27,741 nt of DNA from a virus (lineage: Duplodnaviria > Caudoviricetes): the IMG/VR virus record IMGVR_UViG_3300012878_000004, positions 1-27,741 of that record. One strand, given 5' to 3'. The notes beneath the pieces were generated by a model. The model was not told where the DNA came from. It searched no databases and was given only the letters and a program-made list of their open reading frames with translations. Made by a program: the position numbers and the translations under genes. Positions 9,025 through 16,186 of this stretch are shown in pieces; positions within the stretch are counted from its first letter, which is position 1; each line of letters begins with the position of its first letter.

Positions 9025-9824
9025 GCTGCCTCCTTGTGCGCATGCAGGCGCTGGGCTTGGATGCCCTGGGTCGTCAGCGAGTACGTGCCGTTGGCTGCAT
9101 CGGCGTACCAGAGCCGGTAGTAGCCCTTGGTCACGTAGTTCAGGAAGTGCTTGCGCCAGTCAGCCTGCAAGCGGCGCTCGTTGGCACCTTCGGGCGAGTG
9201 CTCAGCCTTGAACACGTCCCAGGCCAACTGCACGAAATCCATCGGCAGGCCAACACCGTCCACGTACTTGCGCAGAGGCTCGTAGCCGCTGATCGCCGTC
9301 TCGCCAGCCTGGCGGCAACGGTCGAGGAAGGTTTTCAGCGAACAGCGCTCTTTGCGTTCCCGCTTGGGTTTTTCAGCCGAAGGCTCGTCAGGCTCTTCAC
9401 CCCCCTGCGAAGGGGGGTTAGGGGGGTCTTTATCTTCTTCCTTTCCTTTCCCTTCCTTTCCGTCAATGAGTACTCCGTGAGTGTTCATGGAGTCATCATT
9501 GATCGGTGGTTGAGGAATACCGGATTTCGACGGGCGATTGATGACTTGGTGCTTCTTGAAGCCCTTGATATGCATGAAGAATTCACCATTCACCGAGTAC
9601 TCAATGAGCATTCCGTGAGACATCAATTCTTGAATCAAGGGTTCGCAATCCAGCGAGTCAGCCGGGAACACTTGCATCTTGACCTTCTTCGCGGAGCGCT
9701 GAAGATTGCCGTTGTCATCGGCGAAATTCCAGATGCCAATGAACAGTAATCGAGCGCTCATGGAGCACTCAGTGATCTTCTCGTCCGTCCAAAAATCAGG
9801 CTTGATCGTTCTGATCCGTGCCAT
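9021..9824 (-). CDS. Phage replication initiator (O-like)
   Basis: MARIRTIKPDFWTDE N-terminus, ARLLFIGIWNFADDNG, low-complexity linker; directly upstream of DnaB. Confidence 0.8.
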   Translation of the reverse strand: MARIRTIKPDFWTDEKITECSMSARLLFIGIWNFADDNGNLQRSAKKVKMQVFPADSLDCEPLIQELMSHGMLIEYSVNGEFFMHIKGFKKHQVINRPSKSGIPQPPINDDSMNTHGVLIDGKEGKGKEEDKDPPNPPSQGGEEPDEPSAEKPKRERKERCSLKTFLDRCRQAGETAISGYEPLRKYVDGVGLPMDFVQLAWDVFKAEHSPEGANERRLQADWRKHFLNYVTKGYYRLWYADAANGTYSLTTQGIQAQRLHAHKEAA

Positions 9825-10339
9825 TAGAATTTCTCCATCAAGGTAGTACCCGGGCCGCTCGTCACAGCGGCCTTTTCTTTTTCGTCGTCACCTTTCACCA
9901 GACGGCGCAGCGGCTCCACGGCTCGCTGGTAGTGCAACTCCACTTCTGCCGGCCACTTGCCCAGCTGCATCAGCGCGGCACGGGTTGCATCCACGTATTC
10001 CCACTCACGCTTCCAACGCTCAGCGCGCGGAATACCGCCTTGGTCATGCTGACGATGCAGTTCAGGGTTCAGCGGGAAGCACAGGCTGTCGCACGCCTTC
10101 AGTGCTCCACCCTTCCCCAAATTCACATGGCAAGCCTGTGCGGGCTTCCCGGTCACAAGGCAGCCGAGTGCGGCCACGTTGCGGCGGTGTTGCTCGCTGC
10201 GAAGCAGAGTCGGCAACTTGTGACCGGGCGGGCGATAGAAGCCCATGACAATCTCGACCTTTCGGCCCAAGCCTTCGCCGCGCGCCGCTTTGGATCGCTT
10301 CATCGGCGTCTTGCGCTGAAGGGTCGAGTTGCGAATCAC
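9824..10339 (-). CDS. Ref/DUF968-like HNH-related protein
   Basis: Basic N-terminus (LQRKTPMKRS); VAALGCLVTG...ACHVN.GKG..LKACD...FPL...H..HD; GTGA overlap with ninB. Confidence 0.6.
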   Translation of the reverse strand: MIRNSTLQRKTPMKRSKAARGEGLGRKVEIVMGFYRPPGHKLPTLLRSEQHRRNVAALGCLVTGKPAQACHVNLGKGGALKACDSLCFPLNPELHRQHDQGGIPRAERWKREWEYVDATRAALMQLGKWPAEVELHYQRAVEPLRRLVKGDDEKEKAAVTSGPGTTLMEKF

Positions 10340-10746
10340 GCGTCTCTCCCAAGGCTGGTACGGGACCAGTCAACGCCCTTCTCATTGCCAAAGGCGTAGG
10401 CGAGCTCGATGAGTTCGGTCATCTGACGCACGTTCATCTTGCTGGTGCGTTGGCCCAGCAGGACCATGCCCCCATCGATGCCCATCGCCATGCGCGTTTC
10501 GCGGCGCAGGCCGGCCGTCAGAATGTCTTTGACCTCTTCGGGTTCGACCTTGACGAGCGCGCCATTGACGATGAATTCAACCTGCCGACTGATGTCGGTC
10601 AGGATCGACCACATCATGTCGTTCTGTGCCAGCGTACGAGTGCGCGGCTTGATCTCCACGCGATAGCCCTCAGGCGCGCTGGAGCAAGCGTAAGCAGCGT
10701 TGCGCCGTGCCAACGGATGCGACAGGACGAACACTTGCTTGTCCAT
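10336..10746 (-). CDS. ninB: NinB/Orf-family recombination protein
   Basis: RTLAQNDMMWSILTDISRQV and GQRTSKMNVRQMTELIELAYAFG motifs. Confidence 0.9.
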   Translation of the reverse strand: MDKQVFVLSHPLARRNAAYACSSAPEGYRVEIKPRTRTLAQNDMMWSILTDISRQVEFIVNGALVKVEPEEVKDILTAGLRRETRMAMGIDGGMVLLGQRTSKMNVRQMTELIELAYAFGNEKGVDWSRTSLGRDA

Positions 10747-11060
10747 CAGCTCTTCCTTTTCCAGGTCTCTTGCCGAGCCTGCAAGTACTTGAAAGCCAGG
10801 CTTTCAATCGCTTGCTGCTCGCGCTGGTCAACCACGACGGCATCGCTAGGCGCCAGCTGAAAATCAATGGCCGCCAGAAGCTGGCAGACCTTCTCCAGAT
10901 CCTCTTTCACACGGCTAACAGAGCTAGCCGAAGTGCCCATGAAATCGGCTGCACGCTCCTGCGTCACATCTGCAAGGCGCTGCAAAATCTCGCTGTGAAT
11001 TCGTGCAGCGATCTTTCGTGTGCTTTCAACGTCGTGGGGAGAAACTGCTTGGGTGCTCAT
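10746..11060 (-). CDS. cII: CII-like transcriptional activator
   Basis: ARIHSEILQRLADVTQERAADFMGTSASSVSR resembles the lambda CII HTH; downstream of cro; AAGGAAG RBS favours ATG at 11060. Confidence 0.85.
   Translation of the reverse strand: MSTQAVSPHDVESTRKIAARIHSEILQRLADVTQERAADFMGTSASSVSRVKEDLEKVCQLLAAIDFQLAPSDAVVVDQREQQAIESLAFKYLQARQETWKRKS
11014..11046 (+). promoter_or_regulatory. Putative PRE (CII-activated establishment promoter)
   Basis: TTTC-N6-TTTC (11014-11027), 13 nt, then GAAACT; same geometry and same position in the cII 5' coding region as lambda TTGC-N6-TTGC. Confidence 0.5.
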
Positions 11061-11098
11061 CGAGTACTTCCTTATGAACAAAGAACGAGAGTGGATTC

Positions 11099-11263
11099 AT
11101 GTCTGAAACCGAAAAGCTGCTGAAGAACGCCGCGGACGTGGCCAAACGAACATTCATTGACCCGTCTGAAGCAGCGGTGATGGAAATCTTTAAGGAGCTG
11201 TGCGCCGAGCGTGACCGCATGGCGTGGGCGACCGACGGCCGCGAATCGGCGACGGTGCATTGA
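11099..11263 (+). CDS. Small hypothetical protein (54 aa) antisense between cII and cro
   Basis: Not in ORF track. Purine-rich leader (GAGAGTGGA) then MSETEKLLKNAADVAKRTFIDPSEAAVMEIFKELCAERDRMAWATDGRESATVH; fills the cII-cro gap. Confidence 0.65.
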   Translation: MSETEKLLKNAADVAKRTFIDPSEAAVMEIFKELCAERDRMAWATDGRESATVH

Positions 11264-11265
11264 TG

Positions 11266-11487
11266 TCATGCCGCCCTCGCCTCTTCGGATCGCTTGGTGT
11301 CTGCCCGACGGCTCTCGCGGCGATGCAGTTTGATAAGGCGCTGTCCGTCCGACCACTTAAGGTCTCGGTAGCGGCCTTTGCAAATGTCGGCCACCCAAGA
11401 TTGGGGTTTGTCGCCCATCGCTTTCGCGATTCGGGCTTGCGTCCAACCGATGGCTTGCAGATCAGAGATGAGGTTTTTCCAGTCCAT
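11266..11487 (-). CDS. cro: Cro-like repressor
   Basis: 73-aa XRE HTH (GWTQARIAKAMGDKPQSWVADI), divergent from cI. Confidence 0.85.
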   Translation of the reverse strand: MDWKNLISDLQAIGWTQARIAKAMGDKPQSWVADICKGRYRDLKWSDGQRLIKLHRRESRRADTKRSEEARAA

Positions 11488-11497
11488 ACCTCATTTA

Positions 11498-11558
11498 ATC
11501 GCAATTGCGCTTATCGCGCAAGCGCCATTGCGATTGACTTAGCTATCACAATTGCGAT
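11498..11558. promoter_or_regulatory. Right operator OR: three 14-bp sites with overlapping PR and PRM
   Basis: ATCGCAATTGCGCT (11498-11511), AGCGCCATTGCGAT (11521-11534), ATCACAATTGCGAT (11545-11558); palindromic consensus ATCGCAATTGCGAT; 23-24 bp period. Confidence 0.88.
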
Positions 11559-12584
11559 ATGAGCGCCCTTAAAGACCGCCTTGCCGAAGCAAGGACAGAA
11601 TCTGGAATGTCCCAAGCCCAACTGGCTAAAGCCGTTGGCGCGGGTCAATCCACCATTGCCAGCATCGAGAACGGAAGGAACAAGGGGTCATCCTTGTTTC
11701 TGGACCTTGCTCGAGCGCTGAACGTCAACGTCGAATGGCTAATGGATGGTGCTGGGCCGAAAAGAGGAAACGCTGCAAGCGAGCCTGCCGCGCACCGTGA
11801 GCCGGCAGCACCATGGCCTTTCCCCGACATTTCGGAAAAGGATGTGCGGGCGTTGCCGCCAGCCCACATCAATGCCTTGCAAGGTGCGCTCGCGGTAGTG
11901 ATTGCCCAGCTCAAGCTCGGCGTGAAGGTCACCGAGACGCCAAAGGCCACTTCTCGCTTGGTCGACATGGACACCGCGAGAGACGAATTCCCGATGCGGA
12001 CGGATGCAGACTCCCAACATAGGGAACAGAGCGCAGCGGCTGGACGGGTTGGCGCTGGGTCGCTTCGCCTCAATCAGATGCCAAATGTGGGCCACGTGGC
12101 GCGAGCCGGGTACTCGGCTAACGACCATGAGTTCTTGCCCATCCCCGAGTTGGATGTGCGCCTGGCCGCGGGCCACCTGGGGATTGAGAACTACGAAGAG
12201 ACGGCGATTGGAGAGATCCTGTTCCGTCGATCCTTCCTAGAATCTCTCAAACTGCCTATCGAACGCATGCGGGTCGTCTATGCGGACGGCGACAGCATGG
12301 AGCCGATCATCCGCAACAAAGGCCCGATGCTGTTCATCGAAGATCCAGTGACAGACGTGCGCAAGATTGACCCGCGTACCGTGTACGCGATCAACCTTGG
12401 CGGCAAGATGGTCGTGAAGTGCATCCAGCGCGAGCGCGATGGCACGCTGCTGGCCAAGTCTCTGAACCCCGCCCACCTGCCCTTCCCTCTCAAACTGGAC
12501 AACGGCCAGGATGTGAGGATCGTCGGGCGCATCCTGTGGTCCCCCTATGATCTGCGAAATGGGGTGGATGAAAGGTTGCTGTGA
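11559..12584 (+). CDS. cI: CI repressor (XRE HTH + S24 autopeptidase)
   Basis: HTH MSQAQLAKAVGAGQSTIASIENG; cleavage-site region RLAAG; catalytic Ser in GDSMEP and Lys in VVKCI. Confidence 0.93.
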   Translation: MSALKDRLAEARTESGMSQAQLAKAVGAGQSTIASIENGRNKGSSLFLDLARALNVNVEWLMDGAGPKRGNAASEPAAHREPAAPWPFPDISEKDVRALPPAHINALQGALAVVIAQLKLGVKVTETPKATSRLVDMDTARDEFPMRTDADSQHREQSAAAGRVGAGSLRLNQMPNVGHVARAGYSANDHEFLPIPELDVRLAAGHLGIENYEETAIGEILFRRSFLESLKLPIERMRVVYADGDSMEPIIRNKGPMLFIEDPVTDVRKIDPRTVYAINLGGKMVVKCIQRERDGTLLAKSLNPAHLPFPLKLDNGQDVRIVGRILWSPYDLRNGVDERLL

Positions 12585-12657
12585 CGCGCTATAGGATGCC
12601 GACAAGGTGGAAGTTGCGAAGGCCTGACGTTTTTTCCGCATAGAAATTATCGAAAGC

Positions 12658-12717
12658 TGCTTGCAAACGCCACTTTGCAAGCACATGCTTGCATTTCTTC
12701 TAAATGCAAGCAATAAT
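12658..12717 (+). promoter_or_regulatory. Tandem inverted-repeat operator array overlapping a sigma70-like promoter
   Basis: TGCTTGCAAA-N6-TTTGCAAGCA, CA, TGCTTGCATTT-N5-AAATGCAAGCA; TTGCAT-17-AATAAT embedded. Confidence 0.75.
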
Positions 12718-12747
12718 CTCGTCACTTCAACTAGTGATGGGTGACGT

Positions 12748-13776
12748 ATGACCGACGAAAAGCCGATCGGCAAGGCCAAAGGTGCCGCAGCACGTTCCGC
12801 AAAACTCTCCCCAGAAAGACGCAAGGAAATCGCGAAGCGCGCGGTAGCCGCCAAAGCAGAAATTGCGTCATTGCCAAAGGCAACGCACGGTTCGTCCGAC
12901 CATCCATTGCGCATCGGGGACGTGGAACTTGCCTGTTATGTCCTAGATGATGAAACTCGGCTTCTGTCCCAGCGGGGTCTCCAGAGGGGTATCGGGATGT
13001 CCACTGGTGGCGGCGCAGCCGGCGAGCAGCGACTTGCGTCTTTTGCCCTATCAATATCTGAAAAATCCCTTAAAAACAGAGACTTAGCCGCGCGCAGCAC
13101 GGCTCTTTCAGAACGCCTGAAGACCCCTATTCGCTTCAGACCTCCCTTCGGCCCCCCCGTATTTGGCTATGAGGCAACCTTATTAGCTGATCTCTGCGAT
13201 GTGATCCTAGAAGCGCGCTCTGAAGGGCTGTTGCAGAAGCAGCAAGAGCACATCGCAGCGCAAGCCGAATTGCTAGTACGCGGTTTTGCACGGGTCGGCA
13301 TTATTGCTTTGGTGGACGAAGCAACGGGATACCAGAAGGACCGCGCGCGAGACGCGTTGGCAAAAGTTCTCGAAGCATTTGTTGCCAAAGAACTGCAGCC
13401 GTATGTCAAAGCCTTCCCTGCCGATTACTACGAACAAATGTTCCGGCTACGCGGCCTCAAATACCCGCCTGATAATCCTCGTTTTCGACCTCAGTATTTT
13501 GGAGTCCTCACGAACGACATTGTGTATTCCCGCGTGGCCCCTGGGCTCTTAGAAGAGTTGAAGAAACAGGCTGCGAAAGATGAAAAGAAGGCTCACCTCC
13601 ACAGACGACTGACCCAGGAAATTGGACATCCAAAACTACGAGAACATTTAGCATCGGTCGTGACAGCCATGAAGCTATCCTCGGACTATCAAGACTTCAT
13701 TTCTAAGCTGAACCGGCTTCATCCTCGATTCGAAGGGCAGGCCAGTCTCGATCTAGAAGACGCAGATAAAGGTTAG
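12748..13776 (+). CDS. P63C domain-containing protein (cargo gene)
   Basis: GAAARSAKLSPERRKEIA, CYVLDDETRLLSQRG, GIIALVDEATGYQ, FPADYYEQMFRL, TNDIVYSR, LREHLASV. Confidence 0.85.
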   Translation: MTDEKPIGKAKGAAARSAKLSPERRKEIAKRAVAAKAEIASLPKATHGSSDHPLRIGDVELACYVLDDETRLLSQRGLQRGIGMSTGGGAAGEQRLASFALSISEKSLKNRDLAARSTALSERLKTPIRFRPPFGPPVFGYEATLLADLCDVILEARSEGLLQKQQEHIAAQAELLVRGFARVGIIALVDEATGYQKDRARDALAKVLEAFVAKELQPYVKAFPADYYEQMFRLRGLKYPPDNPRFRPQYFGVLTNDIVYSRVAPGLLEELKKQAAKDEKKAHLHRRLTQEIGHPKLREHLASVVTAMKLSSDYQDFISKLNRLHPRFEGQASLDLEDADKG

Positions 13777-13793
13777 GCCTTCGCCCACCTCGC

Positions 13794-13819
13794 AAAGCCA
13801 CCTCCGGGTGGCTTTTTTA
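13794..13819 (+). terminator. Intrinsic terminator after P63C gene
   Basis: AAAGCCACC-TCCG-GGTGGCTTTTTT. Confidence 0.9.
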
Positions 13820-13878
13820 TTGCACCGGCTTCCACCTCGGATCGGTGCCGCCCTTCCGGCACGCGTCATAGACTGCTA

Positions 13879-14565
13879 CTAGCGCGGCTTCGGCGCCAGG
13901 ATGGTCAGTCGCTCGTACGGCTCGCACAATGCCTGGTAGCGCACACTGAGATCCGCCGAGGTAGCGCCCGACGAGTAGACGCGGGCGACCGCGCTTATCC
14001 ACTCCTGGTTTGTCACTGCGTCAGGTGCAAAGGCGGCCAAAGCACCGGCTACATTCATCGCGGCCTGCTCGACCGCAACGCCGTTATCCCGCCACATAGG
14101 GACAGATGTCATCATGCCGCGCAAGACGTTGCATTGGGCCACGGCGACGTTCGACGGCGCAATGGCACTGCTGCTTCGCGCAGTTGATAAGCTCGATGCG
14201 GGCCGAGCTGCTAGCGACGGCGCGTTCCCATACGCCCGAGCGTTTGACGCCAATGCTAGGTATCGCGGCGTGACGTTGCGGTACCACTCCTCTATACAAC
14301 TCGCATCCGAGCAGTTCTCGGCACGCCACCGAAGGTCAGACTGAGCCAGCTTCATGAATTGGCTGGCGTCTTCCGCGCTCTCTTTTGCTGCTCTGTACGC
14401 CTTTGCATAAGCAGTGTCTAGATTCAAGAGCGCCTGACTGCCACAGACGACTCGGTCAACCTGCGTTGGTCTTTGTTGGCAGTCCACGCTGTTAGCAGCC
14501 GCGCCTCCACTTCCAAGCGTTCCCAGCACCAACCCAAGCAAAGCAACTTTCCCGGCATTCGCCAC
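13879..14565 (-). CDS. Secreted protein with LprI (DUF1311)-like lysozyme-inhibitor domain
   Basis: GGAGG RBS then GTG at 14565; signal peptide MANAGKVALLGLVLGTLGSGGAAA; SVDC...VVC.S..L..LD..Y..AY...Q...R...C.D.SC...Y cysteine pattern; Ser/Ala linker; C-terminal domain with two Cys. Confidence 0.7.
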   Translation of the reverse strand: MANAGKVALLGLVLGTLGSGGAAANSVDCQQRPTQVDRVVCGSQALLNLDTAYAKAYRAAKESAEDASQFMKLAQSDLRWRAENCSDASCIEEWYRNVTPRYLALASNARAYGNAPSLAARPASSLSTARSSSAIAPSNVAVAQCNVLRGMMTSVPMWRDNGVAVEQAAMNVAGALAAFAPDAVTNQEWISAVARVYSSGATSADLSVRYQALCEPYERLTILAPKPR

Positions 14566-14596
14566 CTTGCACCTCCAGTAACAAAACGATTCGGCC

Positions 14597-14656
14597 ATCG
14601 TAGCCGCAATCTCAATCGCATTTGCGCTTGACTATTTCAATCGCAAATGCGATTAT
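14597..14656. promoter_or_regulatory. Left operator OL with PL (plus) and a divergent PRM-like promoter (minus)
   Basis: ATCGCATTTGCGCT (14615-14628), ATCGCAAATGCGAT (14640-14653), weak ATCGTAGCCGCAAT (14597-14610); PL = TTGACT-17-GATTAT (14628-14656). Confidence 0.85.
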
Positions 14657-14768
14657 TCATCCCACGCGCTGCCAACTCAGTGCCGCAACAAGCCCTCGGC
14701 CTCGTATCCCAGCGAGAGGACGTCACCGCCACAAAGTCGGGTGGGCATGGGAAGCAGAACCGCAGTAC

Positions 14769-14780
14769 CGCTCTTTAACA
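14769..14780 (+). promoter_or_regulatory. boxA antitermination element (nutL-like)
   Basis: CGCTCTTTAACA, consensus boxA about 110 nt downstream of PL; GNRA hairpin CGCC-GAGA-GGCG at 14806-14817. Confidence 0.8.
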
Positions 14781-15164
14781 ACCGATGTGCAAAACGTTCC
14801 GCACCCGCCGAGAGGCGATGCGACCGGGGAGATTGCGGATGCCCTGAACAGAAAGATGCCGAAAACCGCTCGTGCAAAGTGGCTGAACAGACTAAGGCCG
14901 GCCAGGTGCAGAACCTGGCAGCACAGAGCGCGTTCCAGTAGGACGCCAAGAATCGACCGATGGCGCGTAATCGTGTTGATGACCACCGGGAGTAGTCCGG
15001 GGACCATGACCGCGCTGGCATACGGGTTCAACGGCGACGGTATGCAGGACAGCGCACTACCTGGAGCCGCGATGAGCGGGAGTTGCTAAGGGGTGCGCTG
15101 TCCCGGAATTCATCCGTCAGCCCGTTCTATGAGCGATGGCTGACGAATGAACAAGGAGATAGGC

Positions 15165-15383
15165 ATGTGCACCGTCGTAGCCATACGTGATGGCGACTTG
15201 ATCGAAACAGTGGGCGAGTTGGCAGACGCGTTAGGGATCGATGCCAAGACATTCAGTGTCGACCCCAGAGAAAACTGCTTGTGCAATGCCGACTTTGCAG
15301 CCGCGGCCAAGGCTTCGGGAAAGTTGGTACGCCGCGCCGACAGTGACGAGGGCTTCCCGTGGCCCGAGTACATATTTGAGTGA
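15165..15383 (+). CDS. Hypothetical protein (72 aa)
   Basis: AAGGAG RBS then ATG 15165; first clear ORF of the PL operon. Confidence 0.65.
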   Translation: MCTVVAIRDGDLIETVGELADALGIDAKTFSVDPRENCLCNADFAAAAKASGKLVRRADSDEGFPWPEYIFE

Positions 15384-15437
15384 TCTGCCTGCGCCGTGAC
15401 AGGACGCAGACACGTGAACAACAACTAAGGAGCCTAC

Positions 15438-15641
15438 ATGGCAACCCGCACTACCCCGGCGCCGTTCAAGGCTACCGTTCGCAACGCCCGCACGAAGATG
15501 GATATCCAAGGGACCATCCGGAACGGCGTTGTGCATTCCTTCTACATGGTCGATAGCCGCGAAGAGCGCGAAGCCATTCTCGAGGAAATGCGAGAGGTAC
15601 ACGAAGAGTTGAATTCCCGGTCTGAGCGCTCGGCTGCCTGA
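15438..15641 (+). CDS. Hypothetical protein (67 aa)
   Basis: TAAGGAG RBS; basic N-terminus and acidic helical C-terminus. Confidence 0.75.
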   Translation: MATRTTPAPFKATVRNARTKMDIQGTIRNGVVHSFYMVDSREEREAILEEMREVHEELNSRSERSAA

Positions 15642-15685
15642 TACCGCTTCTTTCAGGATTCATACCGATTAACAAGGAGAACGAG

Positions 15686-15904
15686 ATGGACGAAGAAGGA
15701 AAATTTTGGGCGGTGATTTGGGCTCTTGTCTCTGCCTGCTTGGTCACGATTGTGGTGGCGCTGTACGCATACAACGTGCAACGCGATGACAAGCTGTCCC
15801 AGATGGTGAAGTCCGGCGCCGATCCCATATACGCCGCATGTTCGCTTGGCGCCCTACGGGACCAAACGTGCAATCTCTACACGGCCAGCGACCGTAAGCG
15901 CTAA
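15686..15904 (+). CDS. Small single-pass membrane protein (72 aa)
   Basis: AAGGAG RBS; hydrophobic FWAVIWALVSACLVTIVVALYAY. Confidence 0.75.
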   Translation: MDEEGKFWAVIWALVSACLVTIVVALYAYNVQRDDKLSQMVKSGADPIYAACSLGALRDQTCNLYTASDRKR

Positions 15905-15946
15905 CCCCCATCCCGTTGATAAGCCCGAGGGGCAAAGGAGAAGAGA

Positions 15947-16171
15947 TTGAAGAACGATTACAGCCAACTGGATGCTGCGATTCTTGAGCGAATCCAGAAT
16001 GGCCACACTTTCGCCAGTCAGATCGAAGGCGGCGAGGCCGCTGCCGAGGCCCGCAAATTCGCGTCCGAGAAGATGCCCGAGTTTCGGGTTATCGATCGCC
16101 GCCTGCAAGCGATGCGCAAAACTGGACTGATTGCCTACAGCCATAAGCTGGGCTGGGCGCGTGCGGATTAG
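15947..16171 (+). CDS. Hypothetical protein, possible winged helix (74 aa)
   Basis: AAGGAG RBS then TTG; LDAAILERI...RVIDRRLQAMRKTGLIAY...GW. Confidence 0.7.
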   Translation: MKNDYSQLDAAILERIQNGHTFASQIEGGEAAAEARKFASEKMPEFRVIDRRLQAMRKTGLIAYSHKLGWARAD

Positions 16172-16186
16172 TTTTCTCCACCTGGT

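Noticed and set aside
8622-9749. 375-aa plus-strand ORF and other long antisense ORFs over dnaB, terL, portal and rpoD
   Set aside because: Typical antisense shadows of high-GC genes, with no RBS or recognisable motifs
11080-11087. Minus-strand CGTTCTTT as nutR boxA
   Set aside because: Only a partial match, lacking the AACA tail and an evident boxB
14566-14598. ATG 14598 as the start of the LprI-like gene
   Set aside because: It overlaps the inferred -10; GTG 14565 has GGAGG and gives a clean signal peptide
14622-15089. 155-aa plus ORF across the PL leader as a possible N gene
   Set aside because: Its start lies inside OL, upstream of the PL start site, and no internal start has a clear SD; a short internal ORF is not fully excluded
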